Below, piece by piece: positions 23,730 to 35,882 of a stretch of DNA of 64,000 nucleotides (the stretch's first letter is position 1; every line of letters begins with the position of its first letter). The DNA is from Amphiscolops sp. MND2022 (taxonomy: Eukaryota), in contig OZ076421.1 of the NCBI GenBank assembly GCA_964187785.1, forward strand, positions 16,616,001 through 16,680,000, in the 5' to 3' direction. The position numbers and the translations under genes were made by a program. Below the pieces are notes generated by a model. It searched no databases. It saw nothing but the letters and a program-made list of their open reading frames with translations, and had not been told where the DNA came from.

Positions 23730-26700
23730 CTTGAGTGTGTCCAATTTTTTTTGAATAAGTCCGCCTTGTTGTCAGCTGATGACACAAACTTCAAGTAGAT
23801 TCTGTGCTCGCTGCACTTGACCGTGTCCTTGAGGAACGCTAGGCGTGTGGTGAAGTGTTTCACCTTGTAGCTACCATCATGCTTCGAGACCAGTGCCAAA
23901 CACGATTGGGAGTCGCAGCGAATGGTTGTTTGTTTCGCCTCGCCATTGCATTCCATGATTCTTTGTAAGTGAAGTGCTTCCATGACCGCTTCGCTGTGCG
24001 TGAACCTTTGCTTCTGTCGTTGATGTGGCCACATGTGTCTGTTTCTTCGCTGACCACGAGATTGCGCCACTCCTGTAGCTGAAACAGTATCCAGTCACGC
24101 TTTGGCGGTCGTCCTTGCAGCTCGCGTAGTTCGTGTCTGAGTACCCTGTCAAGTGTGCCTCGCAGTTCCGCCAGTATGTGATGCCCACGTCTTCGGTGAC
24201 CCTGAGGTACCGTATCACATGTTTCGCCGCCTGCCAGTGAACCAGACTAGGATTGTCGAGGAACCTCGACAGGAGATGATCTGCAAATGCCAGGTTAGGT
24301 CTCGTCGTCATCGCCAGGTACGAGATGCTTCCCACTAGTCCTCGGTAGTCGCATCCAGCACTCTAAGAAACATCCCATGAGCCCTCTTCCGACTGGTCGT
24401 CTTTGCTGAGTGCACATTTCTCTGGTAAGGGAGTTGAAGCGATCTTGCAGTTGTGCGTTCCGCATATCGTTAGCAAGTTTGATATGTACAGCTTGTGACT
24501 CAACGTCAAATCATCTTAATCTGCTTTGAATGCAATGCCCAAGAACCACGAAAGAGGGACAAAGTCACCACTTGTGAACTGTTTGCCCACCAGTGCCTCA
24601 AACAATCATCCAAAGTCCTCGTCGGTTGAACCGTAGACGATGTCGTCAACCCACAGTAGTGCCCAGCCATCAAAGATGGTCGCCCCTCTTTTGTGTCCAA
24701 AGACACTTGTCGTGCTGCGAAAGGTGAAGCCCCAGCTGCTGCAGTCGATGCGCTTGCCACTCGTACCAGTTGCGCCCTGACTGTTTGAGCCCGTAGAGCG
24801 ATCTCTTTAGTTTACAGAACATGTCGCCGTTGCCCTGCTGGAACCCTTCTGACTGCTCCAGAAAAATGTCTCCGTTTATGGGTGCATTGAGGTAGGCTGT
24901 CTTTATGTCCAATTACCGGAACTTGATGCCGTGTTTCACGCCACACGCAAGCACTGTCCTCAATGTTGACAGTCTGACCGTTGGTGAGTACGTCTCGTGG
25001 TAGTCTAAGCCACGTGTCTGCGTGAAGCCCAGCGCCACAAAACGTGCCTTGTACTTTGTCACTTTGCCATTCTCGTTGACTTTCACCGCAAAGTGCCACT
25101 TTCCAGTAATCGGCTGTCGCTCCGTTGGCCGTGAAACCAGAGACCACACATCGTTCGTCGTCAAAGAATCGTACTCTCGCTGCATCGCTGCTTTCCAGTT
25201 AGGTTCAGTCAGAGCCTCGGCTACGGATCCAGCGACCGTCGATGCCACCAGTGCCTCGCTATGTAGTGCCAGGTTCTCGAGCTCGTCCCCTATCACGAAG
25301 TCATCGAGTCGTCGAGGCTGTCTGACATTCCTCCGCTGTCGCCCTGGTTCGCTCCTCTGCGGCTGTGTTGTCGTCCTCGTCATCCAAGTGTCCAGTGTTT
25401 GGAATTGTTTCGTCGGCTACGTCTGCTTGCTCAAAATCTGGTGGTGAACCCATCATGTCGTGTAGAACAGTGTCATACTGGATTGTCGTCTCCTCGCAAC
25501 TATCGTGAGTCATGTCTGTGTCGACAGATGTACCGGCGCCTGGGAAGCAGTCCATGTTGAACGTCACGTTCCTTGATGTCCACATCTTGCTCGGCTTTCG
25601 CTGAGGAGTTCCATCTTCAGTCACACAATAAAACACTTGCTTATGCTCGAGTAGCCCAGAAAAATCCCTGTCTGAGCCTTGCTGTCAAGTTTCTTCCTGT
25701 CCTCGGTGAGCACAAATGCTCGACATCCAAAAAGTTGCATCTGACTGAGGTTTGGCCTTTCGCCAAAGAACCTTTCATACGGCGTACAGTTGTGCGCAGA
25801 GTGGAAACATCTGTTTTTGACATAGAAAGTTGTAGCCAAGACATAAGGCCAGAGTTGCTTTAGCTGACCCGCCGTCTCGAGCATGCACCTCGCCGTTCCT
25901 GTGACAGTGCCCAATACGCGCTCATTTTTGCCATTCTCCTGTGGAGTGTAAGGCGCTGGGTACTCCTGCCGAATGCCATTCTTGCGACACACCTCGTTGA
26001 AACCCCGTAATTTTTACTCTTGTGCCCCGTCTGAGACAAGTGTTCCAGGTGAGCCCAGGTCTGCACTGAAGAGTTCCAGCTTCTCAATGACCTCGTTTCG
26101 TGTTCGCATTGGGTACATTACAGCATATCGAGAGTAGCTGTCAGTGAACTCGATTGCATATCGAAAACCCTGTCGTATGACTCCTGATGTATTGGCCCCA
26201 GCACATCAGTGTGAACAATGTCCAGCTTCTTCTTCGCTCTGGTGCCGGATGCGATGTTCACAGGTGCACGCTTGGCCTTTCCTTCCGCGCATGTGTCACA
26301 ATGCCCTGCTGCTCCCTCCTTCCAGATGTGCATACCATCGACTAGCTTCGTTAGCCGTGCCATATCATTGAAGTTGTTGTGTCCCAGTGCCCTGTGTCAC
26401 CGCACCAGGGTTTTGCTTTGGGCTGCATGGCTGCCCAACCAGGGTGACCAACCCTTGCGCCCTACACATCCATGTGCAATGCCTGAAAGACGTTCCACTG
26501 GGGGCGCTCTTGGTCCAAGGTTACACACAAAGAACACGAAGAGTGTATTGGTTATCACTGGTACAAATCAAAGGAAGATGGGTCCCGTCTTGTGTCCTGA
26601 TGTTGGCTTCCTTCCCCAAGCTGACCATTGCACCCTGTGCGGCTAACTTCTTTACTGAAATCATGTTGCGGGTGTAGGTGGGTACCCAGAAGGCCTGCTT

Positions 26701-27934
26701 CAGCTCGAGCTCACACATCCTGCCCTTGCTGTCCAGCCCCCCACATCGCGCTGTGCCTCTACCAACCTCTTGTGTTCGACTCCCGTTCGCATTGCGCACA
26801 TCGGTGTTGAATGCCTCGTCGAGTTCCTTGAAGAAAGCCCTGTCCTTCAGCATGAACCCGAGTTCACCAATAGCTCGAGTCTTTCTTCCTCTGAAGCCGC
26901 TCAACGCTTCGGAAGCTGAAGATGCCTTGTTCTCTGGACCTCTGCTGTTGCCACTGGACTGCCCCTTCTTGCTCTTGCAATTCCTTGCAAGATGGCCCTC
27001 CGCATTGCACTTGAAGCACGCCCTGCTTTCCTTTGACCTGCAGTCCCTTGCCATGTAACCCATTTTTTGGCACTTGAAGCACGCCCTGCTTTCCTTTGAC
27101 CTGCAGTCCCTTGCCATGTAACCCATTTTTTGGCACTTGAAGCACGTGATCTTCCTCCTGCTGTTGCCCCGCTTGAGTGGAAGGCAGTTGAAGCCACGTC
27201 AATCCAGGCTCTGCCCTCGTGATGGCGACGTTGATTAGGTCCTGCTTCATCTCTTCGTAGCCCTTCCGTCGTCCGAAGTCGAGAACCGTCGCGATGCTCT
27301 CAAAAGTTGGAGGAAGGCCCTTCAACACCGTTGTGCTGAACATCGAATAGGCAGTCATCTCACCTGCTTCTTGAAAGTTCAGCCGTATTCCTTCAGCCCT
27401 AGTGAGGTAGTCGGTCACTTTCTCCCCTGGTGCCATCTTCAATTCAGCCAGCTGAGTGAGCAACGTCTGGATGCGGGGCCTCTCGGTGCTACAATGCTTA
27501 CCCACAATGGTTTCCAGACTTCCACCACGTCTGGCTTGTGAAGGCGTACGAAGTTGATTGAAGCCTCGTCCAAGCACTGACCAAGTTTGCATCAGACCTA
27601 GAAGCGCTGCCTCTTCCGCTCGTTTTCTGCTTTGAGCCTGGCAGTTTTTCCCCTCGTTTCGTCCTCTTTGTAGGCAGGCACAGTCAGCCTGTCCTCGAGG
27701 CACTTCCCTAGGACAAGCATGTGCATCCTCGCTTCGGACTTCTCGCTGACGCCGCAAAATCTTCGTCTTTGCCAGAGAATGAGAGCTTCTCCAACTTCGA
27801 GTGGGTGGCTGTCATCTCGGCTGCTGACTGCTTGGCGCCACATCAACTGGTTGATCTGGGCTGGTTAGGCCGTGATCGTCGAGGTGGAGTTGGTTGTCGT
27901 CGTTGTATGTCAGTTATGATCTGGGCCCAAAACC
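23730..27934 (-). mobile_element. Decayed Ty1/Copia LTR retrotransposon (gag-PR-IN-RT-RH), 3'-truncated
   Basis: Copia domain order on the minus strand: gag FSGKDEDF and CCHC knuckles; DIVHTDVLGP; YTPQENGKNER; YKARFVALGFTQTRGLDYHETYSPTV; MDIKTAYLNA; LWVDD; GYSDTNYA...SVTGY. Confidence 0.93.
27921..27934 (-). promoter_or_regulatory. Copia-type primer binding site candidate
   Basis: Minus strand GGTTTTGGGCCCAG, one mismatch from the Drosophila-copia-type PBS GGTTATGGGCCCAG, just upstream of gag. The adjacent LTR-terminal CA is not evident. Confidence 0.6.
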
Positions 27935-28249
27935 ACTCAAAATTGATGCACAGATTAATAGTTGAATTGAATATTGGAAGGACACAAATGAAATTGCAAG
28001 CGATATAAACACTATTGTTTACAGGTCACAGCAGGTGCCAGAAAAAGTACAAATCAGTTCACTGTCTGGCAGGTACATGTCAAGTCTGCTATCTATTTTG
28101 ACTTCAATCAATTCATCGGTTGACGGTTAGCTAGTCAGCTGGTCGGCTTCCAGCCATCTAAGCCTGGCATGACTGATCCACTTTTGACTGCTGCCAACTT
28201 CGGGTGTATATAGTTGACAACTTCTATTTTGTGCTTCAAGATTTTCTGT

Positions 28250-31200
28250 TTTCAACTATGCGCTATTACAAAAAGACTTTCGGAGCTGCAAGTTAAGCAG
28301 TCACAAGACCTCGAACAATCCCCAATTACTGGTGAACTTTCTAGCCTACTCATTGCTGGTTCTAACGAGCAGTATGGAAGTCAAGACAATGTCAGACTAT
28401 TCGAGGTAAAAGAAGCCGGCGAGGATGTTTACGAAAAAGTTGTTGATTTTGTAATGAAAATGCGACACCAAATTTCAAAAACGGACATCAGCATATGTCT
28501 TCGGGTACCTTGCAGAAACTTGAAAAAAGATGAAGGGCGCCCACAAAAAGTGGGCTAATGGCGTACAAAAAATTAGTAGTTAGTAGCGGTGAGATCAGCC
28601 ATTTCAATCTGAAACAAACAAGAATAACACGAATGAAATTCGACATAATTTCGACAAAAATTCAACGTTCGTTGTTCTTCGACCCTAATGATTCGACGTT
28701 AGGAATTCGACGTGTCAAAACTCGACGCCATTGACGCAAGCCTCAATAAATCATCACTAGTTTGCTATTCTGAAACGTGTATGTTGATGGCTGAAACATC
28801 CGCTGAACACCTACATTTCTTGCATAATTATGCGCCAATGACTTTTCAACCGAGAAACACTAGCAACAGGCAAAATACGTCCTGGAATTTGACCCTGGAA
28901 TTGATTTGAATTACAATACTATTAGCTCTACCAATATAAAAAAGGAACGAAAATAAGCAGATTGTTTATACAGTCCCCTTTGGTCAATAAACGGAACTTC
29001 TTGGAGCACTTCGAAGTTCGTCTTGACGGTTGTTGTCAGATGAGCAACTGTTTTTTTCTTGGTGACATGAATATCGATCTACTTGAAATATCTGCCATAG
29101 GTGAAAAGTGTGTTAACTTTTTAAAATTGAATGGGTGTTATCCAGGTATAAAAGAACAAACGCGTGTTACACCTACCTCAGAGTACCTTCTTGATCACAC
29201 AGTACATAAATATTGCCTAACCAAAAATGAGTTTGGTGTCATCAAAACCCGAATTACAGATCAAGTTGCAACTTATGTGCAATTTGATACAATAAAATCT
29301 CAATTTATTCGTCTTCAACAAACCAAGGCAACTGCCATTTTTTTTAAATGGGTATCATAAAAAAATACCTAAACTATTTAAGGCCTTGCATGGAACTGCT
29401 AACTTTAGAACAAGATGTCGATAGGTCAACTGAAAGCCACAACAGTCGTCAACGTTTTCACTTTCAAAAAAAAGAGAGCTTGCAAAATCAAATAAGACTT
29501 GGTTTGACAAAGATGTAAAGAAACGCATAATCCGACGAAATTTCGCGTTTACCAGATACAAGCGATATCGCACTGCGTCTAACAAAACTAAATACACGAA
29601 AATGAGATATCGCCTCTGCGAACTCTTGCGGTCGAAGGAACGAGATTACTTTGATTCTCGACTTACCTGGTTCTTGGATTCGCTAAAATGCTTCTTCATT
29701 GAAATAAAATGACCAAATTGTAAACGGAAGAAGAGCGGTTCTTTCATAATCGCGGCCAACAAAAACATATTGAACACAGTTGATTTTGCCGTATCAAACT
29801 TCTTCAATGAGAAGTTCCGTTTCGATAAGCAAAGTTTTAGTCCCACGGTTCCATTCCGTAGAGAAGGATTAGCTAAAAATGACAAGTCTCTGTTTTTTTC
29901 CTGCTGATTCCCAGGAATTCTCTCAAATTCTACGAAACCTTAAGAACCATAAAACGGCCGGATTATATGGGCTAAATGCTGAAGTTTTGAAGGTTATTCT
30001 TGATGTCATTTGAGATAGACTGACCTATCTTGTCAACGAATCGTTGTTAAGTGGTGTTTTCCCGACAATTGTGAAAGACGTGAAAGTGTTTTAGGAAAAA
30101 GAAGACTTGTGAGAATTATAGACTCTTTTCAATTTTATCGGTTCTGAGCAAAGTTTTTCAGAGGGCAGCTTGCGAGAGACTGTATAAACTAATGCAAGTA
30201 AACAGTCTTTTCTTTTGTCGTCAATTCGGATTCAGATTAAAAACCAGTACACTGCATGCACTAACGGACATAACGGAACTGATCCGGAAAATACCCATCT
30301 TGATGTATCACGTATGCTATTAGATCTAAGAAAACTTTTTGATACAATAAATCATGAAATCTTATGATTCGAACTGGAGAGCTATGGTGTTATGGTGTGA
30401 GAAGTTTCAGGTTGTATCTCAATTATCGTACCCAATGCGTTCCCACGAATCATCAGTATTCGAATATACAAGCTGTTGAGTGAGGTGTACCACAAGGATC
30501 GTTTCTCTGACCACTATTGTTTTTAATGTACGTCAATGATTTTCCAAGCTCTTTTGTTGATATTGTACCATTCTTGTATTCAGATGATACTAACTGTTTG
30601 TATTTTCGACCGAAAAAGGCTACGTCGACACTTCAAGATAAAGTTGAGCATACACCGTCGTGGATGGTAGAAAACAAATAGAGCGTTCATATTGGAAAGG
30701 CTGAGCTTGTGCACTTCTTGAGCTGTCGAGATGAAAGTGTGGAATTGGCAAATACTACCATATCTTCAACCAAAACTGTGAAATATCTGGGTGTTCACCT
30801 GGATAAAAATCTGACTTTCGAAGCCCATGTTCGAAGTGTACTTGGTAAAATGGCTAAACATGTATCACTGGTAATGCTGTCGAGACATTTTTGTAAACGT
30901 TCAATAGTGGTCAGAAGTTATTACATTTAAGTGAAGCCTATTATCCAATACGGTCTTTTAGTAAACGGTTGCACGAGGAAATTAAAACGAAGAACATACT
31001 CCTCCTGCAGAAAAGTACTTACTTCAAAATTTAATTGAAGGACATACTTCTGCTGCAAAAGAAAGCACTTCGACTTATCTTTTTCAAAAACCGAACGTAT
31101 TCGTCCGGTAAGCTGTTCGAACGAAGCTGTAAAATGAATGTGCTAATCACTTTGTTTGTGAACTTTTAAAATATAGCGTTCATTCAACGAGAGGCAAAAT

Positions 31201-31380
31201 TGATAAAAATGTAGGAAGTCTTTCCACTCATAAGAACTCATCGATTTTCACACGAAGTGTTAACACGAATATCTTTCATGTACCGCAGCTAGGTTTGGAA
31301 GTTCATAGACAGCCTCTGAAGTATCGTGGAACGTTACTACTGAATCACCTTCTGATGAAAAACTTTTTACCTCCTGATCA
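28250..31380 (+). mobile_element. Heavily decayed CR1/L2-group LINE (ORF1 fragment, APE endonuclease, RT)
   Basis: ORF1-like EQYGSQDNVRLFEVKE...ISKTDISICLRVP; APE LGDMNIDLL...TRVTPTSEYLLDH; RT relics LDLRKLFDTINH, GVPQGS, YSDDT, VKYLGVHLDKNLTFEAHV. Confidence 0.8.
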
Positions 31381-31629
31381 CGAGATTTGCGAAAGTCGAG
31401 AGATTAGCAAAAGTCTCTCTCTGTAACATCCAAAACCGAAGAGTGAGGCTGATATAGTTTTTTGCGAAGGCTTGTGTAAGGAGGTTCCTAGTAGGAGGGT
31501 TCTAGGAGGTCTACCGGTCTTAGTTTTTCTACTTTGGAGGGTTCTTTTGATGTGGAAATTTAAAAATATAAATATATACATATATATCATACTATATTGA
31601 ATTATATATACAATACATCAAAGAAAATT

Positions 31630-32260
31630 AAATTCTTCTTCTTCTTCTTCTTCATTACTATAGTTATTTCTTTATTTCTTTTCTTCACATCTTTGATCCT
31701 TCTGACTGTGCAGAACATATGTTGTCCTTTCAATTTGCTTCTCGAATCTGACTGTTTTTTTGGTAAACCACTGTGTCTCTCGTTCATTTGTCATTCGATA
31801 TGTTCGGCGTGCTAGGTTGCGTTCTGCGATTTCAAGTATGGGATCGGAATTGACATATAGAAAGTGCTTAGACGTTTCAAAATTCTTTTGGCATGAGTAG
31901 CAGTGGGAGTCGGCCAGCCATTCTAGTAGCATAAGCTACCAGTTCAACGTTGCAATTTAAGAAAACGAGTCATAATATCGAATGTGAAAACGACTTTGCG
32001 TCAAAATGCGTCTTTTTGGCATGTTAACTTCACAAAGGGTATATAGATTTACATTGCATAGCTTGCATATAAGGTGTACGCACGATCGCCCACACCGTGG
32101 CAAAGACCAACTCTCACTGCGATTGCTGTGTAGATAACCGGTCGCACTAGGTCTTTGTTCCTGTTCGGGTGCGTGGAAACTGATTTGAAGAATTAGATCT
32201 AATCGAAGGGGTAAAAAATAGACCTGGGATCTTACAAAAATTATATCTTGAAACAAATAT
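31630..32260 (-). mobile_element. 3' fragment of a LINE
   Basis: Minus-strand frames give ...ILTQSRFHIR... and HCYSCQKNFETSKHFL, a C-terminal CxxC-x-ET-x2-H motif, followed by a (GAA)n run. Confidence 0.45.
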
Positions 32261-32299
32261 ATTTTTTTGATCTAAAGATTTTAATGTAGTCACCTCTGT

Positions 32300-32420
32300 T
32301 CACATGCCACTAGTGCCCTGAATACAGGGGAGAAGCGAAGCGAAGTGACGTGCCATATGGCCCTGCCTCAAAGTTGCTACATGGCGCACGGAGCGTACGA
32401 CCGAGCCATACAACAAACCT
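32300..32420. repeat. ~120-bp interspersed module ctagtgccctgaat...gcgaagc...catacaacaaa (also ~54122-54236 and ~58168-58290)
   Basis: Three diverged copies in the same orientation. Confidence 0.75.
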
Positions 32421-32699
32421 GAGTGATTAGATCTGTGCTGTGATCTTAGCTGTCTCTAACAGTTAAGTCTAATTCCTTGAATCAAAGTTGCAGGTGCCTC
32501 GCGGAGCCAGGGGTTCAAGATCAGGGTTTAAAGCTCGAGCTTGAACTCGAGAACCCATTCAGAGTTTAAATTTATACAAATAATGCGGAAGGGTGTTTAA
32601 GGTATAAATAGTACAAAGAAAACATTGACAGTTGGATAAAGGTAGGTTAGGCTTTAATGATGATTGTTATTCGATTCCATTTAACTTCGGTGAATTTGA

Positions 32700-33540
32700 G
32701 ATGTGGTCAAAAATGGTATTGCAGTCTTCTGCGTCCAGGTGAATGTGTTCTGGTCTGATGTCATGGTATAGGCCACATGCCAGAAAGAAATAGATCGAAA
32801 AGTTCTGCAGTCTCCTCAGTTTTACCACAACGACAAATCGGAGATTCCGTCAGCCAATTTTTCCAGGCGAAAGATTTGCCAATCAGCATTCCACATATTT
32901 TGATAGCTTCATACCTTTGGAGGTTAAAAAGGGGCGACAGAGTGTTACAAGCTGGTGGAGTTTTGGTAGAACAATTCAGAAATGACACTATTTTTCCACC
33001 TAAGGTTCCACAGATGGTTAATGAAAAGACTGACAAATTACACTATTCATATACCCCGACTGCAAACCTTTTAATCAGACCACAGAGTGTTTCTGAAATT
33101 CATCGCCGTAAACTAAATGATCGTATTGAAAATTCCCACTTGACGTTTCGCGAGCTTTTGCTGCTATTGGATATTTCAACGCAAGCTATTTTGAACATTT
33201 CTTGAGGTTTTTTTGGGGACGAATTCCAAAGGCGTCACATGGATGATGTTTTGGAGTTGCAAGACTGATTTGCAACGAATACACTGTCGGGAGTCAGAGG
33301 GTATTCCATTGCTGAATCCCACAAGAAATTATTCATTGATTTGGTTTCTTGTTTTTTTTCACAACTTAAGTTTCATTTTTTGCTAAACGCCACAACACCA
33401 GGCGCCAGATTATCACTCTCGCAGTAATCATCGCTCATCATAACCGTTTGAATGTACCTAAACTTGGTTAAAGAGAATTTCAGCAAAACACAAGGAATTT
33501 TTTCGGGCTTGAGGTCTAAACAATGGAGGGTGACTGTGCT
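32700..33540 (-). mobile_element. 3' fragment of another LINE
   Basis: Minus strand NWLTESPICRCGKTEETAE matches the SPxCxCG...ETxEH tail of CR1/L2-type ORF2; upstream frames are degenerate. Confidence 0.55.
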
Positions 33541-33599
33541 TCAGTTTTTTTCTTCAAAGGTTTAAGCTTGGGTCCAAAAGGTTCAAAAGATTGGCTCTT

Positions 33600-33985
33600 T
33601 ACGGGGACCATAACTAAGGTCTAAGGAAGGAGTTCTAAAGAAATTTCGTAACTAAGATCTAAAGAACTGAGATCTAAAAAACATGCCCATGACTGACGTC
33701 TAAAATGAACAAGAATGACGTCTACGGAATAATGTGGGATCATATACGGTGTATGATGGACACAGAGAAGCCCCAAGAGGCCGCGGGGCACTAGAGGATG
33801 GTGACATCCGAGGCTCGTTTCAATTTTCAAATCAATTTCAAATCGGGAATAAATTATAAAAACGGGAATAGCGTCTAGAATTTAGACTCAAGAAACTATT
33901 CGGGAGCTGGCATTCTCTAGACCTTAACAATAACATTTAGAAAAATAACATTTAGATTAAAGTTTTTTAGATCTTAGTTACAGAA
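33600..33985. repeat. Non-autonomous repeat with subterminal inverted motifs taactaagatcta / tagatcttagtta; related to 54400-57780 and 58770-58980
   Basis: Shares catatacggtgtatg, cccaag(a/g)ggcc..ggggcactagagg and ttcgggagctggc blocks with the 54-59 kb copies. Confidence 0.7.
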
Positions 33986-34067
33986 GTGCGTTTCGATCTT
34001 ATTCGTTAGATCAAAAATTGTCCCGCACCTTTTGAGCTTGATTTGAAACTTGGCTTGACAGCCATGC

Positions 34068-35882
34068 TGTCATGCCAGCATGATGGAAATATAATCTACT
34101 AAATATCTGTAATGTAAATAATATGTCTTATGTACTTAGATATGGGCAATATGATGTCATATAATAAGATCTATGGTTGTGAGCAACCCTACGTTACTTG
34201 TACCTAACCCCCGGTTCCCCATTGAGATTTTGAGCTATTTACTTATCTAATACTGAGCATTCTAGTTCCGTTTGTCCGCAATTCATGATCGTGCTAATAA
34301 GCAAATGATGCTATTTTATATTTAATGGCTTGTCACGAGAAAGGAAAGTAGTCTCTCGGTCAAACTGGACCGCCATAACGAATAGACAAGATGGATACTC
34401 GCTAGGGAACTCCTGCCTCAGAGGAAACTAGCGTGACAAGCCTCCTCTCTTTGAAATACATGAAACGATGAAATAACGATGCTATTAGTGCTAGAACTCG
34501 TGATTTGATTCAATCTAACTAGTTTCATCCATATTACATCGCTCAAACATGACCAGAACACCAAAAAACGAGAGAATTGAAAAGACGATGTAAAAGCGAT
34601 GAAGCTACTTGATTGAATACTTGTGACCACATGTTTCATCGTTTATGCATCACTCACGCTTCTAAGCCCTGAAGAACAGTGCTAAACTAGCGAACGATGG
34701 AAAAGCGATGGAAATCTTTCATCGTTTTCTCATCTACAGCTAAAATCACGCTTCTAGACCTGACTACAGTGCTAAACGGCGAACGATGGAAAAGCGATGG
34801 AAATCTTTCATCGCTTTCCCATCTGTAGCAAAAATCACCTTTTAACGATGATAAAGTGATGTAACTACTCCAGAATTATATTCAGTGCTCTCCCCATAAC
34901 TCAGTTCATCGTTTTCACATCTAGTTGATCACTTCAACACTAGAGCGAAGCTCATTCATCATTTCTGCATCCACAGACATACAAACAGAATCAACTAGTG
35001 AAAACGATGTCTAAACGACAAAACTTGTTATAATTTGCATTTTAATCAGTTCAACGATGAATAAACGACAAAACTTGTCATAATTTGCCTTTTATCGATT
35101 CAGTGCTAGCAAATCATCATTTATACATCCCCGTGCCTCCGAATTTGAACTCTATCCATTTTAGACACTAATATAGCGCAATTGCAGTAACTATCATGAC
35201 TCAGAGAACGCCTGCTGACATTAGTTCATTATAAATTCATGATAATTGATTTGAATTGTGTTATTGCGCAATTGCTAATTGGTAGCCCTCTTGCGGCATG
35301 CAAAACAACCGGTCACGTGACCAAGTGCTAATTAGCACTCACCCGACATCCAATGAGAAGGAAGCGATGGTAAGAATTGCGTCTTACCATCGATCTGGTG
35401 AGAAGGCTACCAACTAAGTCACACGATTTGCTATACCAGTACGATACGCTTACATTCTCTGTTAGTTCTACAATACGTATATAATTGCCTTAGTCTTACT
35501 ACATACTCTCATAATTCAACTCTTATCCGACATTCCTGCTTTTCATTGCTCATGAGTATCGAATCCGCTAAAATACTTAGAAACGGAAAGGTATTATCTA
35601 ATTCTTTACCGGAAACTTCCTCGATCGACGCGAATAATATTCCCAATCTTAACATGGAATCCTCAAATAATTTCTCAGAAGAGATAAACTAATCGGGTAG
35701 GAATTCGCCGACGAACGAAGATCGTACTCAAACGGCGAACGAAGAAAGATTTAATCGTCTACAAGACGAAATGTCGATACTGAAGTCTCTTATGGAAAAG
35801 ATCATAAGTCAGAACGAAGAACGAAACAAGCAAAACGGTGGTTCCTTTGCGACGTCGTCTTACGCCGTAGGGACCTCCAACA
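34068..35882 (+). repeat. 5' LTR (1815 bp)
   Basis: Direct repeat of 44787-46600; about 8-10 differences found by eye. Confidence 0.96.
35311..35484 (+). promoter_or_regulatory. Probable LTR core promoter (E-box palindrome, 16-bp palindrome, 11-bp hairpin, TATA)
   Basis: GGTCACGTGACC 35311-35322; AGTGCTAATTAGCACT 35324-35339; CGATGGTAAGA-attgcg-TCTTACCATCG 35365-35392; TATATAA 35478-35484, ~70 nt before ATG 35552. Confidence 0.55.

Noticed and set aside
32777-33205. 142-aa plus-strand ORF as a host gene
   Set aside because: It is the antisense of a LINE 3' fragment.
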